Of a stretch of DNA of 64,000 nt, positions 27,674 to 38,176 are shown one piece after another. Made by a program: the position numbers and the translations under genes. The DNA is from Bdellovibrionota bacterium (GTDB lineage Bacteria > Bdellovibrionota_C > UBA2361 > JAFLCA01). Positions within the stretch are counted from its first letter, which is position 1; each line of letters begins with the position of its first letter. The stretch is from assembly GCA_041907145.1 (NCBI GenBank), contig JAYRHW010000189.1, positions 3,624-67,623 of the forward strand, in the 5' to 3' direction. The notes below the pieces were generated by a model. That model saw nothing but the letters and a program-made list of their open reading frames with translations. It was not told the origin of the DNA and did no database searches.

Positions 27674-29098
27674 CTATGAGCGCAACGCTAGCTGCTCGCG
27701 CTTAGGCCCTACCCCTACGCCCTCGACCTTAGCGCCGCTACGCTGTTCGATCATGTCGATAAGGTCCTGCATGGCGGATGGGAGATCTGCGATAGAACGC
27801 ACTCCGGTAATATCCTCGTTGAAACCAACGCGATGCTCGACAATTGGGCGAGGCGCCGAATCCTCCGAGGTCCCCACGCGATCGTAGTAGGAAGTTACCG
27901 GGATCGTCCCCGCCAGAGTTTCGGAAAAAAGTGTGAGCAGATCGGCCTTGGTGAGATACAAGGCGTCAACTGCATTCATTCGGGAAATTTCTTCCAAGCT
28001 CTCGAGATCGAAGCTCCCCATGCGGCGCGGCCGTCCCGTTGTGGAGCCGTATTCACCGCCCAGCATACGAAGCGCCACACCCACTTCGAACGGATCGCCG
28101 GAGCGCAAAAGCGATCGCGGGTCGGGATAGGTAGACTCTTCATAACTGCGAGTATGCGCCTTCCCATCGCAGTATTCCTCCGAACGCCGACCCCCAAACT
28201 CGGAAACGAACGGGCCGTTTCCGACCCGAGACATGATGAGCTTTGCAACTCCGATGGTTCGTCGATGATACCGCGGAGGTAAATCTCCACCTACAAAGGC
28301 AGCGCCAGCCACGGTCGAACTTGAAGTAACAAATGGGACGGTGCCGGACGTCACATCCAGAAGTGCAGCCTGCGCGCCCTCGAACAAAATTTTGGAACCG
28401 GCATCAGCCTTCTTGACCAAGAAGGTCGGGCTGGGAGTAACAAATTCACGAATTCCATCGCAAGCTTCCCTAAAAGCTCGCATCATTTCCTCCTGGTTAA
28501 TGCCGGGAATGCTGTATCGTGAGATGACTTCGGCAAGACTTGCCCGCGCGGACTCCTGAACTCTACCGGGATTATTCAACAGATCGACCGCCCGAAGGTT
28601 GACAACTTGCCCGTCGAGAGAGGTTCTGCGAGCGCGATCCGCATATGCAGGCCCGATGCCGCTCTTTGTCGTACCTATGGCACCGCCGGTCACTCCATCT
28701 TCGAGAATGTGGCTCGGCTGAATGATGCTGGCGAAAGGAGAAATAGTCAGGCGGCCTCGCACGGAAACACCGACCTTTTCAAGCGAGGAGATCTCCTCCA
28801 GCAGTTTGGCCGGGTTAACGACACAGCCAGAGCCGATATAGAGCTGAACATGATCGTAAATAACACCGGACGGGACTTGGTGCAGCGCGAAGCGTCCCTT
28901 ATGCGTATCGATAGTATGCCCGGCGTTGTTGCCGCCGTTATAGCGAGCAACCACATCATACTGAGCCGCGAGATGATCGACCGCCTTGGCCTTGCCTTCA
29001 TCTCCAAATTGAGTGCCGATAAGCACGTCAGCGAAACCGCTCTGGGCCGTACTTGTATGCATGTCTGACTCCGACTGAACTACCGTGAATGGAACCAC
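27674..29098 (-). CDS. purA: adenylosuccinate synthetase
   Basis: LIGTQFGDEGKAKAVD P-loop (the QWGDEGKGK equivalent) and GTTKSGIGPAYADR motifs. The true start is probably an internal Met near 29062. Confidence 0.9.
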   Translation of the reverse strand: MVPFTVVQSESDMHTSTAQSGFADVLIGTQFGDEGKAKAVDHLAAQYDVVARYNGGNNAGHTIDTHKGRFALHQVPSGVIYDHVQLYIGSGCVVNPAKLLEEISSLEKVGVSVRGRLTISPFASIIQPSHILEDGVTGGAIGTTKSGIGPAYADRARRTSLDGQVVNLRAVDLLNNPGRVQESARASLAEVISRYSIPGINQEEMMRAFREACDGIREFVTPSPTFLVKKADAGSKILFEGAQAALLDVTSGTVPFVTSSSTVAGAAFVGGDLPPRYHRRTIGVAKLIMSRVGNGPFVSEFGGRRSEEYCDGKAHTRSYEESTYPDPRSLLRSGDPFEVGVALRMLGGEYGSTTGRPRRMGSFDLESLEEISRMNAVDALYLTKADLLTLFSETLAGTIPVTSYYDRVGTSEDSAPRPIVEHRVGFNEDITGVRSIADLPSAMQDLIDMIEQRSGAKVEGVGVGPKREQLALRS

Positions 29099-29154
29099 CG
29101 TTGACAGTACTGACCATTCTCATACTGCTGGGAATGGTGGCAGTCAAACAGTCT

Positions 29155-29871
29155 TCATGCGCGCGATTGATCGACCAAGCCGCGTTTACGCGCCTCGGCA
29201 ACCATGCGGGCTAGCACGCTTTGCAAAGATTCGCTGGAATTATCGATAATTACTGCATCCAGTGCCGGCTTGGTGGGAGCAACTGGTCGTTCCGAGTCGC
29301 GTTTATCGCGCTCGCGGATTTCTATGCCGATCTGAGCCGCCAGTCGCTTTCTGGTGGTTTCAGACTTATCGACACTTCCATCCATTAACTGCTTCAGGCG
29401 ACGCTCGATGCGGATTCGCTCATCGGCGACCACAAAAAACTTAAGCGGAGAGTCTGGGAAGACTATGGTACCCATATCTCGGCCCTCAGCCACGATGGCT
29501 TTTCCGGAGTAGGCCTCGCGTTGCATCTGCATCAGCGCCTGTCGAACGATGGAAAACTGTGATGCCTGCGACGTCGCTTCCGACACTTCCGGAGTTTGAA
29601 CTGCCCCCGTGATATCCTCCCCATCCAAGGTTACTTGCGGCCTATGATCTTGCGCCAGCTCGAGCCTTATGCGGTGCTTGGGCAACTCCGCAGACAATGC
29701 AGTTTCGGAGTTTGCATCTATCTTGGCTCTTAGAGCCATCAGACCAACTGCCCGGTACAGCAAGCCCGAATTGAGATGTACGAAGCCCAACTGTTGAGAC
29801 AAGTGGCGGGCGAGCGTGCTCTTTCCGGATCCAGCCAGCCCATCAACCGCTATGACAATTCGCGAAAGCAT
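29155..29871 (-). CDS. cmk: cytidylate kinase
   Basis: IAVDGLAGSGKSTLARHLSQQLG P-loop, 238 aa, lies upstream of rpsA as in many bacteria. Confidence 0.9.
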   Translation of the reverse strand: MLSRIVIAVDGLAGSGKSTLARHLSQQLGFVHLNSGLLYRAVGLMALRAKIDANSETALSAELPKHRIRLELAQDHRPQVTLDGEDITGAVQTPEVSEATSQASQFSIVRQALMQMQREAYSGKAIVAEGRDMGTIVFPDSPLKFFVVADERIRIERRLKQLMDGSVDKSETTRKRLAAQIGIEIRERDKRDSERPVAPTKPALDAVIIDNSSESLQSVLARMVAEARKRGLVDQSRA

Positions 29872-29925
29872 ACCCGGGACTTTAAACTATTCTGAGAATA
29901 GATAAAATCCCGGCTCTGTGCTGGA

Positions 29926-30333
29926 CTAGCCCCCCAAACTTTTATCGTTGAAGAATGTTCCCACGAAGGACCGCAGGGTAAAGGCACCAAGCGCTACAAT
30001 CATCAATCCCAGCGACGAGCGGTACTGGCCGAACGCCGAGCTAATAATTGCTCCAACACCGGCACAAACCATAACCAAGGCCCCAAAGCTGCCTTCTATA
30101 TAGGTAAAGAGTACGTTCACGGCGTTAGCAATGCGCTTTTCGTTGTAATGCTGGGCATAAGCGATGTCCGCAACCGCGAAGGTCAGGACAAGGCAGCCCA
30201 AAATCCCGCATGCCAGAGAGACCTCTCGATGATGGGCCGCAAGGACGGCCCCCAGCCGGCGACCCGCCTCCGTGTACAGGACTCGCCCCTTAAAATCCGC
30301 TGCATGATGAGTGAAAGACATACGAACCTCCAT
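29926..30333 (-). CDS. small polytopic membrane protein, unknown function
   Basis: Three predicted hydrophobic helices in 135 aa. Confidence 0.5.
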   Translation of the reverse strand: MEVRMSFTHHAADFKGRVLYTEAGRRLGAVLAAHHREVSLACGILGCLVLTFAVADIAYAQHYNEKRIANAVNVLFTYIEGSFGALVMVCAGVGAIISSAFGQYRSSLGLMIVALGAFTLRSFVGTFFNDKSLGG

Positions 30334-30488
30334 TTTTTACCTGCCCGGCAAAAGGCCCGAGCTATTGCCAGTATGGGGGTCCGAAGCACCGAATCTCTAG
30401 GCAGGGCTCTGTAAAAACAGGGCTTCCAGGTTTTACAGAACGTTTACATGCAAACGGCTAATAACATTTCTAGAATTCAGAAATGTAA

Positions 30489-31220
30489 GTGATGCGCGTG
30501 GAACACAAAGAAAGCCCGGCAAGACAGTCAATTCTTCTGCTCGAGGACGACGAGGCACTGCGCCGTGGACTCGTCGATCTCTTCATTTTTCATGGTTACG
30601 AAGTCGATGCCGCGGCGACTGTCGAAGCCGCTCGCCGGCTCATCGGAACAAAGGTTTATGATGTGGCGATCTTGGATTGGATGCTGCCAGACGGAGACGG
30701 GGTAAGCGTCGGCAAGCAACTACGCTCGCACGATCCGGAATGCACACTACTGTTTCTTACCGCCCGAAGCGCAGAGGCAGATCGAGTGCAGGGACTTTCT
30801 CTTGGCGCCGATGACTATGTGACTAAGCCCTTCTCCTCGCGCGAGCTGGTGCTGCGGGTGCAAAATATCCTTCGCCGAACTCAGAAAAACCTGACTGCCG
30901 AGAACCTGATTCGCTGCTCGGGAATTGAGATCGATACGCTTCGCCGCATCGTGCATAGGCCCGGAGATGCTGTCTCAACGCAGCTCTCCAAACGGGAGCT
31001 CGAAATACTACTGTATCTGCACTCCTGCGCACCCAGAGCAGTAAGCCGTGGCGACATCCTGCGTAATGTCTGGGGATACAGCCGCAGCATGAAGATAGAA
31101 ACGAGAACCGTGGACATTCACATTGCCAAGCTTCGCAAAAAGGTCGAGCGGGATCCTGGCCACCCTTCCCTAATACTAACCGAACGCGGGGATGGTTATC
31201 GTCTGGAAGTGGAACCATGA
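30489..31220 (+). CDS. OmpR-family two-component response regulator
   Basis: Receiver motifs (LLLEDDE, DVAILDWMLPDGDG, LFLTAR, DDYVTKPF) followed by a winged-helix C-terminal domain. Confidence 0.9.
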   Translation: MMRVEHKESPARQSILLLEDDEALRRGLVDLFIFHGYEVDAAATVEAARRLIGTKVYDVAILDWMLPDGDGVSVGKQLRSHDPECTLLFLTARSAEADRVQGLSLGADDYVTKPFSSRELVLRVQNILRRTQKNLTAENLIRCSGIEIDTLRRIVHRPGDAVSTQLSKRELEILLYLHSCAPRAVSRGDILRNVWGYSRSMKIETRTVDIHIAKLRKKVERDPGHPSLILTERGDGYRLEVEP

Positions 31221-32500
31221 ACGGCAGCCTGCTCAATCAGCGCTACCGCGCGATCGAACAAAAAGTTCGCGCACGACTCTTTATAAGCATCGGACTTTTG
31301 CTGGCCCTGATTGCCCCTCCGCTGTTTTCCCTGCTGATCCAACTCAATGATCAGATGAGGTTCGTCAGCTTGGATCGGCATCGGGCGCGAGCAGAAAGAT
31401 TGGTAAATCTCATCCAATCCGAAAAACTAGACGAGCCTGCACTCAAGGCCCGCCTGTCGGAATTGTTCAGGGATAGCCTGCTGAGCGACAACGGTCGGTT
31501 AATTCTGATGCGCGACGGATCAACCATCGCAGTGTTCGAACCCAAGGCGACGGCATCTAGCGTGCCCTTTTTAGGTGGAAAGTATGAATTAGCACCGGAG
31601 CAGACGTTGGGATTCCCGGGTTCGCTGTTATATGAGCGGCAGATCGACCTATCCGGCCGGCAGTATCGGCTCGTGTTCCTCGCACATTCAATTCCCTACA
31701 GCGCGATCGATCGCCTTACCCGGCTGGACTTGCTGAACTTCGGGTTTTGCCTTCTCTTCGGCTTGGCACTGATATATTGGAGTCATCGTAGTTCACTCAA
31801 CCTTGCCCGGGCCCAAAGTGACCTGGCTCTCAGCATCGCGCATGAAATTCGCACCCCACTTGCCTCCATGCGGCTTTACTCTGAGCTGCTCAGTGACGGG
31901 ATATCGCAGAACCCCGCGCAAACCGCCCACTACCGCGAAGCGCTCCTCAAAGGAACCGAGCGGCTCACGAATATCGTCGAGCGCCTTCTTAATCCCGAGC
32001 AGACACCCGCGCGTGTAGAACTTACGCTGGAGTCCATCTATCAGTCTCTCTCAAAGGAACTGCAAACCTTCTCCCAAGAGCGCGGCCTGCCGCTCGCTAT
32101 TCTCGACGCGCCAACGCCGGGATATCTCAGCTGCTGCGACATCGATGCCCTGACGCAGATCGCTCTCATTTTTGCAGACAACGCGTTCAAGCACGGCAAG
32201 GTGACACCAGAACATCCGCTGCTGTTTGGCTATCGCATACAACGAACTCCCTTTCGCCATCGGGTGGTGCTTTATTTGGCGAATCAAGGATCCAAGTCGC
32301 GCCCACTGGCCACTCGAGGCGCGGGCCTAGGTTTAAAGATCGCTCGCGCGCTGGCGCGCCAGAGCGGCGCGACCATACGATTGAAGAAGACAAGTGTCGG
32401 CTACCAGGCGCAACTTCTCCTGCCTTTGCGTTCGACAAAGCAATTGGCCGCAGACCCCTCAACGAGCCGAGATCTTGTAAATAGTCCCCTCTCCGTATGA
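31217..32500 (+). CDS. sensor histidine kinase (membrane)
   Basis: H-box LSIAHEIRTPLASM, N-terminal TM segments, 4-nt overlap with the upstream regulator, and a GxGLGL ATP lid (RGAGLGLKIA). Confidence 0.85.
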   Translation: MNGSLLNQRYRAIEQKVRARLFISIGLLLALIAPPLFSLLIQLNDQMRFVSLDRHRARAERLVNLIQSEKLDEPALKARLSELFRDSLLSDNGRLILMRDGSTIAVFEPKATASSVPFLGGKYELAPEQTLGFPGSLLYERQIDLSGRQYRLVFLAHSIPYSAIDRLTRLDLLNFGFCLLFGLALIYWSHRSSLNLARAQSDLALSIAHEIRTPLASMRLYSELLSDGISQNPAQTAHYREALLKGTERLTNIVERLLNPEQTPARVELTLESIYQSLSKELQTFSQERGLPLAILDAPTPGYLSCCDIDALTQIALIFADNAFKHGKVTPEHPLLFGYRIQRTPFRHRVVLYLANQGSKSRPLATRGAGLGLKIARALARQSGATIRLKKTSVGYQAQLLLPLRSTKQLAADPSTSRDLVNSPLSV

Positions 32501-34036
32501 GAGAACATAGAGCTCGCCGCTCTCATCACGCCCCAACGAGGAAATCAACAGTCCGGTTTCAGCGAGTTTCTTCTTTATGACGCTAGAGCCATCATAGATC
32601 AAGCCAAAGAGGTTTCCCGAAATGAAGTCGCCGAAGACATACGTGCCAACCAGTGAGGGAATAGAGCTCCCGCGATAAACATAGCCGCCGATGACCGAAG
32701 CTCCGTCGCTCCGTCCATAGTCATAGACGGGCAACGTTAGCCCCGAACGACTGCAGGAACTCCCTGCCGGGTAGCACTGCCTGCCCTCCATGCGATTCCA
32801 TCCATAATTACCTCCGGAGGAGATGATATCGATTTCCTCTCTAGAGTCCTGGCCCACATCCCCGGCCCAGAGCTTGCCCGTAGCGGTATCAAAGCTCATG
32901 CGAAAGGGGTTTCGCAGCCCATAGGCGAAGATCTCCTCTTTAAATCCAAAGCCGTTGCCGACAAATGGATTGCCAGGCGGAATGCTATAGTTATTCGGTG
33001 AAGTGCTAGAATCGACATCGATTCTTAAAATCTTCCCCAGCAATGTGGTACGATCTTGGCCATTCCCCAAAGGATCGCCGCCCGATCCGCCGTCACCAAG
33101 GGCGATGTACAAGAGTCCATCATTTCCAAATTGCAAATCACCGCCGTTGTGATTCGTAAACGGCTGATTGATAACCAGAAGTCTTTCTTCCGTGGCAGCA
33201 TCGGCATTGGGCGATGAGGGGCTGGGCAGCGTGAAACGCGAAATCACCGTTCGATAGTTCGAAGGATCTGAGGGACGCTCTTCGGTATAATTTAAAAAGA
33301 ATTGTCCGTTGCTGGCAAAGGATGGATGAAACGCCAGGCCTAGAAGTCCTAGCTCCGAATCTGTCGCAATCCGGGAACTTATATCCAAAAACTGCACGGT
33401 TGAGGTAACTGAACTGCTGTTCTCGAAAGAAAATATCTTGCCGCCCTTTTCGACAACAAAGAGCCGATTACTGCTATCCGGCGAAGCTACCAGGGCCAGA
33501 GGCGAGGAAAAAATCAATGACGGAAAGGCTGGAGTGAGCCGAATCTTACTCTCCGACAGTTTTGCGCCGAGGTAGGTAAGCCAATCCGCAAGCGGACCTA
33601 AGCCCGCCCGAGCCTTCGGGCGAACTAAAACTCGTTGAATAGACGTCAAAGCAGCGCCGCTCTCACATCGAATACGCGCACGAAAAAAAAGGGCTCGACG
33701 TCGCATGCTGCGGTCACGCAGAGGTTTGAGATTCGACAGCTCTCGTGAGGAGACACCGGCAGCTGCGGCGAGACGAGCTATTCTGAACTGAGATATTCGA
33801 GACCGTCCTAGCTGTATGCGGGAGGCCGCTGCGTATACTGAATATGAACAACCTGCCGCCGAAGATGAAGGCGTAAGACTCAGGGAAACGGAGCGTCCAG
33901 AGTCGGCTATCGCGACAGCCAGATCCACGCTTGGCGCATCAGCATGCACCGGCAAGGCAACGGTGAGGGCAAAGAGCCAACAAATTTTAACCAATTTCAT
34001 AATGTTAACAAAACAAATAATACATGGAACTAACAC
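32459..34036 (-). CDS. PQQ-dependent soluble sugar (glucose/sorbosone) dehydrogenase-like beta-propeller protein with N-terminal extension
   Basis: LGLAFHPSF...NHNGGDLQFGNDGLLYIALGDGG...YGLRNPFRMSFD...GWNRMEG motifs of the GSDH family, with a signal peptide near the N-terminus. Confidence 0.75.
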   Translation of the reverse strand: MLVPCIICFVNIMKLVKICWLFALTVALPVHADAPSVDLAVAIADSGRSVSLSLTPSSSAAGCSYSVYAAASRIQLGRSRISQFRIARLAAAAGVSSRELSNLKPLRDRSMRRRALFFRARIRCESGAALTSIQRVLVRPKARAGLGPLADWLTYLGAKLSESKIRLTPAFPSLIFSSPLALVASPDSSNRLFVVEKGGKIFSFENSSSVTSTVQFLDISSRIATDSELGLLGLAFHPSFASNGQFFLNYTEERPSDPSNYRTVISRFTLPSPSSPNADAATEERLLVINQPFTNHNGGDLQFGNDGLLYIALGDGGSGGDPLGNGQDRTTLLGKILRIDVDSSTSPNNYSIPPGNPFVGNGFGFKEEIFAYGLRNPFRMSFDTATGKLWAGDVGQDSREEIDIISSGGNYGWNRMEGRQCYPAGSSCSRSGLTLPVYDYGRSDGASVIGGYVYRGSSIPSLVGTYVFGDFISGNLFGLIYDGSSVIKKKLAETGLLISSLGRDESGELYVLSYGEGTIYKISAR

Positions 34037-34191
34037 GAAGTCCGGCTGAATCTATAACATTTCCTAGCCCTCGTAGGGATCAAGGGATTCGGTACTTTTT
34101 GTACTTTCATGTGAGCCGCTCTGCGCATACACTCTAAGCAATTTAGATCCGTTGCTATTCTCACTGTACCTTCGAGTTCGAAGCGTTACTG

Positions 34192-35373
34192 ATGGAAGTT
34201 AAGCAGTCCGCGACAGATCACTTTGAGCTGGTCACGACACCGGAAATTCCAGTTCTTCCGCTCGATGCTCCTCCTGCTCTACCACCCATCGCGGATATTT
34301 TTTCCGCCCGGCTCGCCAAGAGCTGGGCTCGCGCGCTGCAGATTCCTCCTGAAGCAGTCGAGGCACTCCGAACCTCTCCGGCATTCGAGCACCTAGAGCC
34401 GTTCTTTGCCATAGGTCGAGACCTGAAACTTGTCGGTGGCGCCGTAGAGTTCGCGGTTGATGATTCCGGGCGATTCGTTCGCTACGTACTCTCGGATTGG
34501 GCGGACTATCTCGACGCTAATCGAACCCGCGAGCGCCTAGTCGAATCACTCGTTGGCAGCATTCCACAGGAAAGCCTATCATCGGCCTTCTTCGATTACG
34601 ATCGCATTCCAAGAGATCATTCCCGGTTTAGCGAAGTGCACCTGCGCCGGGAGGTGCTGCGAGCCATTCGTGACGAGCTGTTCCCCACTACCGTATCGGC
34701 GATGCTCGGACACCTAGGATCCCCGCTCGGGCGCGGCGAGGCCGGGTTTGATATCAGCTGCATACGAAGCAAGAGTGCTCAGCAGGACCAAATTATCGAG
34801 CAAGTGCAGGTCAAAATTCTGCGCGATGATTCTCCGATTCTCAACCTACACTCGCTCAAAGGATTGCGTCAGTTTTGGAAGCTCGTTACGACGCTGCGTG
34901 AACCCGCCAACGAGCGCACTATGCCGAAGGCCTTAATCCTTGAACAAAACGTAAGCGACGAAAAGGTCGCGCAGCTCGAGTCACGGCTGGTAGCCGAGGG
35001 AATCGATCCAGGGCAGATAATAGTCCTGGGTGAAGCAGACTTGCGGGCTTGCGGCTTTCAAATCAAGGAAGTGCGCTCGGATGACGGCAATTTGTATCCC
35101 TTACGAATTCGCGTCGAACTCCAAGCATTTATGCGCGCGTGCTGTGCAACAGAATTTTTGGGACGTAACAGCAGCATCTTTAAAACTCCCGATGTCGACG
35201 CGCTGGCAGCCGCTCTGCATGATTCCTTCGGCGCCGAGACAGCGCGAACAATGGCGGAATCTGTTGCGAGCCGTGGACCACTTGAGTATCAGCTGCTGCT
35301 TTCATACGGCGTATGGCCGCTTAAATTGCTGCTTGAAACGAGTCGGATCTTTCCGAAGCAAAGTGCCGCGTAG
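34192..35373 (+). CDS. hypothetical protein (393 aa)
   Basis: Long ORF of normal composition with no recognisable motif. Confidence 0.55.
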   Translation: MEVKQSATDHFELVTTPEIPVLPLDAPPALPPIADIFSARLAKSWARALQIPPEAVEALRTSPAFEHLEPFFAIGRDLKLVGGAVEFAVDDSGRFVRYVLSDWADYLDANRTRERLVESLVGSIPQESLSSAFFDYDRIPRDHSRFSEVHLRREVLRAIRDELFPTTVSAMLGHLGSPLGRGEAGFDISCIRSKSAQQDQIIEQVQVKILRDDSPILNLHSLKGLRQFWKLVTTLREPANERTMPKALILEQNVSDEKVAQLESRLVAEGIDPGQIIVLGEADLRACGFQIKEVRSDDGNLYPLRIRVELQAFMRACCATEFLGRNSSIFKTPDVDALAAALHDSFGAETARTMAESVASRGPLEYQLLLSYGVWPLKLLLETSRIFPKQSAA

Positions 35374-35411
35374 GATCCCTGTCGCTCCAATCGCAGTCAG
35401 CGATTACCGCG

Positions 35412-37253
35412 CTAGCGCTCAAAGTCCCTCACGAACAATTCTTGACGCAAGTAGACGAAGCGCGGAGTAATCGGGGGAAGATTTGCCGCGTTGTTAAACG
35501 AAGTTTCATAGCTCCATACGCGATTCGGCGCGTTATAATACATACCGCCGTACACCCAAGGACCATTCTGATGCCGCGGCCGATTCAAACTCACGAAGGA
35601 GCCTCTGTAGGTGAACGTAATCCCGGTCCAGTTCTCGTGAAAACGGGGATAGTTCTCCAGCCCCCCATTGTAGGCCCCGCCTTGGCCCCCCGCTCCCTCG
35701 ATGCCTCCTGTGGTATCCGTTCCGGCAAGAAACGCGGTATTGATCGTCGTATTGGTCGCCGTGCGATTTGAAAGCGGGCGGGGTGCCCCGTTCCAACTAT
35801 TTGCATCATTCCAGTTATTGGAAAGCACGTTTACCGTGTCTCCCATGAAGGCCGCCGGCTTTCGATTCAGGGAGTTGAAGTCTCCCATGACATACATCGG
35901 TTGATCGGACACGATGGTGAGTCCCTTCACCACGGGAGCGGCTGCCACGCTCGACTTTATTTCTTGACCGTTGCGCACGCGAATGCCGTAGTTATTGGCG
36001 GCTAGGTTTGATTGCGGGCCTTTTACCGTCAGATGAAAAACCAACCCGCCATCAGTTGAGTCGTCTATGCGCTTGCCGGTATTGAACCAGTTGGTGCGAT
36101 GCAGACAATTGAGCAGGGCCAGCAAATCCACATCCAACATGCGAATTAACTTGCCTTCCCGATTATTATACATCGTGTAAGTCGTGCCCACGCTGCGTCC
36201 CGATATCGAGCCCGGACAATTCACCATATCCGTGTCGAGCTTATTGGTGGCCGTCGTATTTACCGTGTCGTTCGCATTTCGGACCTCAACCCCCGTAAGC
36301 GAGCTGCTTGTATCGGGATTGTTGGAGGCATTCAAATGCAATACGAGCCGCAAATCCGCGTGGTCCCAGTACACCTTGCCTGCCACCGGGTCGAATACTT
36401 CCGGAGCTGGAACTTCCACCGAAGCTACGTTCGTCTGGATCATATTATTGAAGGGCGCAAGCATACTGGCGTTCACCTGCGTACGCGCGGGACAGGAAGG
36501 AACAAGGGCACGAGCAGTAAGAGGATCGTAGATTTTAACGGGATTGCTCATGCAGCTAGAATCATTCTTACGTCCACGGTAGAGATTCCCCGCAGTAGTC
36601 ACCTGTCCCTGAATAGTGAGGCCGGGGCTGCTGTTGTCTGTGTTGAGATACAAATCCCCGTTGGTATGCACCGGCCCATTGAGCGTCATCGTCGGACCAG
36701 GAAGAATCTCAAGATCCTTGTTATAAAATGCAGCGAACTGGAACAAGGGAACCAAGCGGCTTTTGAAGCGCAGTTCCAGCATGGCAGTCGTTCGGTCGAA
36801 TACGTTTTCAGTTTGAGAAAGCGCCGTGTAGCGGTACTCCTGCGCGTTAAGGTTCTGATACCTCTCCCCGGGCGGGATGGTGATAATGACCGGATTGCTT
36901 GGGTTCTCGGTGATGTACGTCTTGTCGGTTTGCTTGTTGAGCGCGAATGTGCGGCAGATATAATCGCCGCTTCCTTGATTGCCGCCGACACAGGCATTCG
37001 TAGCGGCAGGACTGACGCCTGCCGGGCGATTGAATCCAACGAAAGTCTGCCGAATTGTTTCAGCACGAATATTGAGACCGGCCTCAGCAGCGAAAAATCC
37101 ATTGATGCTGTCCTTGGTCATCCTACCCGTTCCGATTTCGATGCTGGTGGTGAAGAAATAGGCACTGAGCAGTGTAAGCAGCACTGCGATCATCAGCATC
37201 GTAGTTATGAGAACGAAACCGGAATGAGGATAGGGTCTATTACTCTTCTTCAT
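35412..37253 (-). CDS. large PilX N-terminal domain protein (type IV pilus minor pilin/tip-associated)
   Basis: The N-terminus GFVLITTMLMIAVLLTLLSAYFFTTSIEIG...FFAAEAGLN matches the PilX_N pattern. The 613-aa body is rich in N/T/G and likely beta. Confidence 0.7.
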   Translation of the reverse strand: MKKSNRPYPHSGFVLITTMLMIAVLLTLLSAYFFTTSIEIGTGRMTKDSINGFFAAEAGLNIRAETIRQTFVGFNRPAGVSPAATNACVGGNQGSGDYICRTFALNKQTDKTYITENPSNPVIITIPPGERYQNLNAQEYRYTALSQTENVFDRTTAMLELRFKSRLVPLFQFAAFYNKDLEILPGPTMTLNGPVHTNGDLYLNTDNSSPGLTIQGQVTTAGNLYRGRKNDSSCMSNPVKIYDPLTARALVPSCPARTQVNASMLAPFNNMIQTNVASVEVPAPEVFDPVAGKVYWDHADLRLVLHLNASNNPDTSSSLTGVEVRNANDTVNTTATNKLDTDMVNCPGSISGRSVGTTYTMYNNREGKLIRMLDVDLLALLNCLHRTNWFNTGKRIDDSTDGGLVFHLTVKGPQSNLAANNYGIRVRNGQEIKSSVAAAPVVKGLTIVSDQPMYVMGDFNSLNRKPAAFMGDTVNVLSNNWNDANSWNGAPRPLSNRTATNTTINTAFLAGTDTTGGIEGAGGQGGAYNGGLENYPRFHENWTGITFTYRGSFVSLNRPRHQNGPWVYGGMYYNAPNRVWSYETSFNNAANLPPITPRFVYLRQELFVRDFER

Positions 37254-37261
37254 ACAGCTAT

Positions 37262-38176
37262 TTAGTTTGAGAGGATATTCCGTGGGAGAAAATCGGCGCT
37301 GAGCGTGCGAACGAGGGCTTCCCCCAACGCCGTATCCTGTCCGTTAATGCTTATTCTGATTGCCTTGATTTTTGACCAGTCATCGCCTGGGATAAATGAC
37401 GTACGCGTAGTGCCGTCTTGCATCAGAGCCTGGACCTGAAAGTCGTTGATGCCATCGACGACATTCAGCGGATTCGCATTGTCCTGATTAACGATGATTT
37501 GCAGCACTCCGTTCTGCACGCGGTATCGCCACTCCTCAAGAATGTAGAGTGAAGAAGATCCGACATTATAGGTATTCTGCCACGACCCCCCGCTCCGCGT
37601 CAGGAGATACTGAGAACCCGTAGAACTTTCAGCCGAGTAATTAAAATATTCTCCTAGTTTAGTAGAACGATTGTAGGCAAAAATCCTCAAGACATGTGCG
37701 GCATCCGCGAGTCGCGTCGCGCTCCATTTATTGTAGCTCGTCGTATTTGAGGTTTTGTCGCAGCCGGATTGCGCTTGAGCGTTGTCCGCCACGATAACCG
37801 TCGTGTTCCCACTGCCGGCGCTTATCGACTGACAGAAATTGAAGACCTCGTCTACCGTGTTACGGCGAATGACGAGCTGATCGGGGGCGCCTGCGCCACC
37901 ATCCGTAATTTCAATGGCGGGAAAAGTCGAAAATAGGTTCTCACCCGCCTGACGAATGTCCATTCCCATAATGTCGAGGGCGCTGCGTAGGTTTTGGTTA
38001 ATGCGTGTGCGAACGAGATCATATTTGTACAGTCGGCGGTTGGAGGTGGTGGCGCTCAGCGTGAGCGCAAGCAAGAGCAGCCCGAGAAACGAGGTGACGA
38101 GGAGCTCGATGAGAGTGAAGCCCCTAGCGGAGACGAGTGTAGACCGTCTCCGTTTGAAATACGATGCCACCTGCAT
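37262..38176 (-). CDS. pilW: PilW-like type IV minor pilin (prepilin N-terminal methylation domain)
   Basis: ARG/FTLIELLVTSFLG prepilin cleavage site with a hydrophobic helix. Start placed at the internal Met (the track ORF extends to 38257), which overlaps the pilV end by ~50 nt. Confidence 0.65.
   Translation of the reverse strand: MQVASYFKRRRSTLVSARGFTLIELLVTSFLGLLLLALTLSATTSNRRLYKYDLVRTRINQNLRSALDIMGMDIRQAGENLFSTFPAIEITDGGAGAPDQLVIRRNTVDEVFNFCQSISAGSGNTTVIVADNAQAQSGCDKTSNTTSYNKWSATRLADAAHVLRIFAYNRSTKLGEYFNYSAESSTGSQYLLTRSGGSWQNTYNVGSSSLYILEEWRYRVQNGVLQIIVNQDNANPLNVVDGINDFQVQALMQDGTTRTSFIPGDDWSKIKAIRISINGQDTALGEALVRTLSADFLPRNILSN

Noticed and set aside
29926-30333. Small three-TM protein as TrbC/VirB2-type conjugative pilin
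   Set aside because: It has no signal-peptide plus two-TM layout and no other conjugation genes nearby, so the resemblance is superficial.
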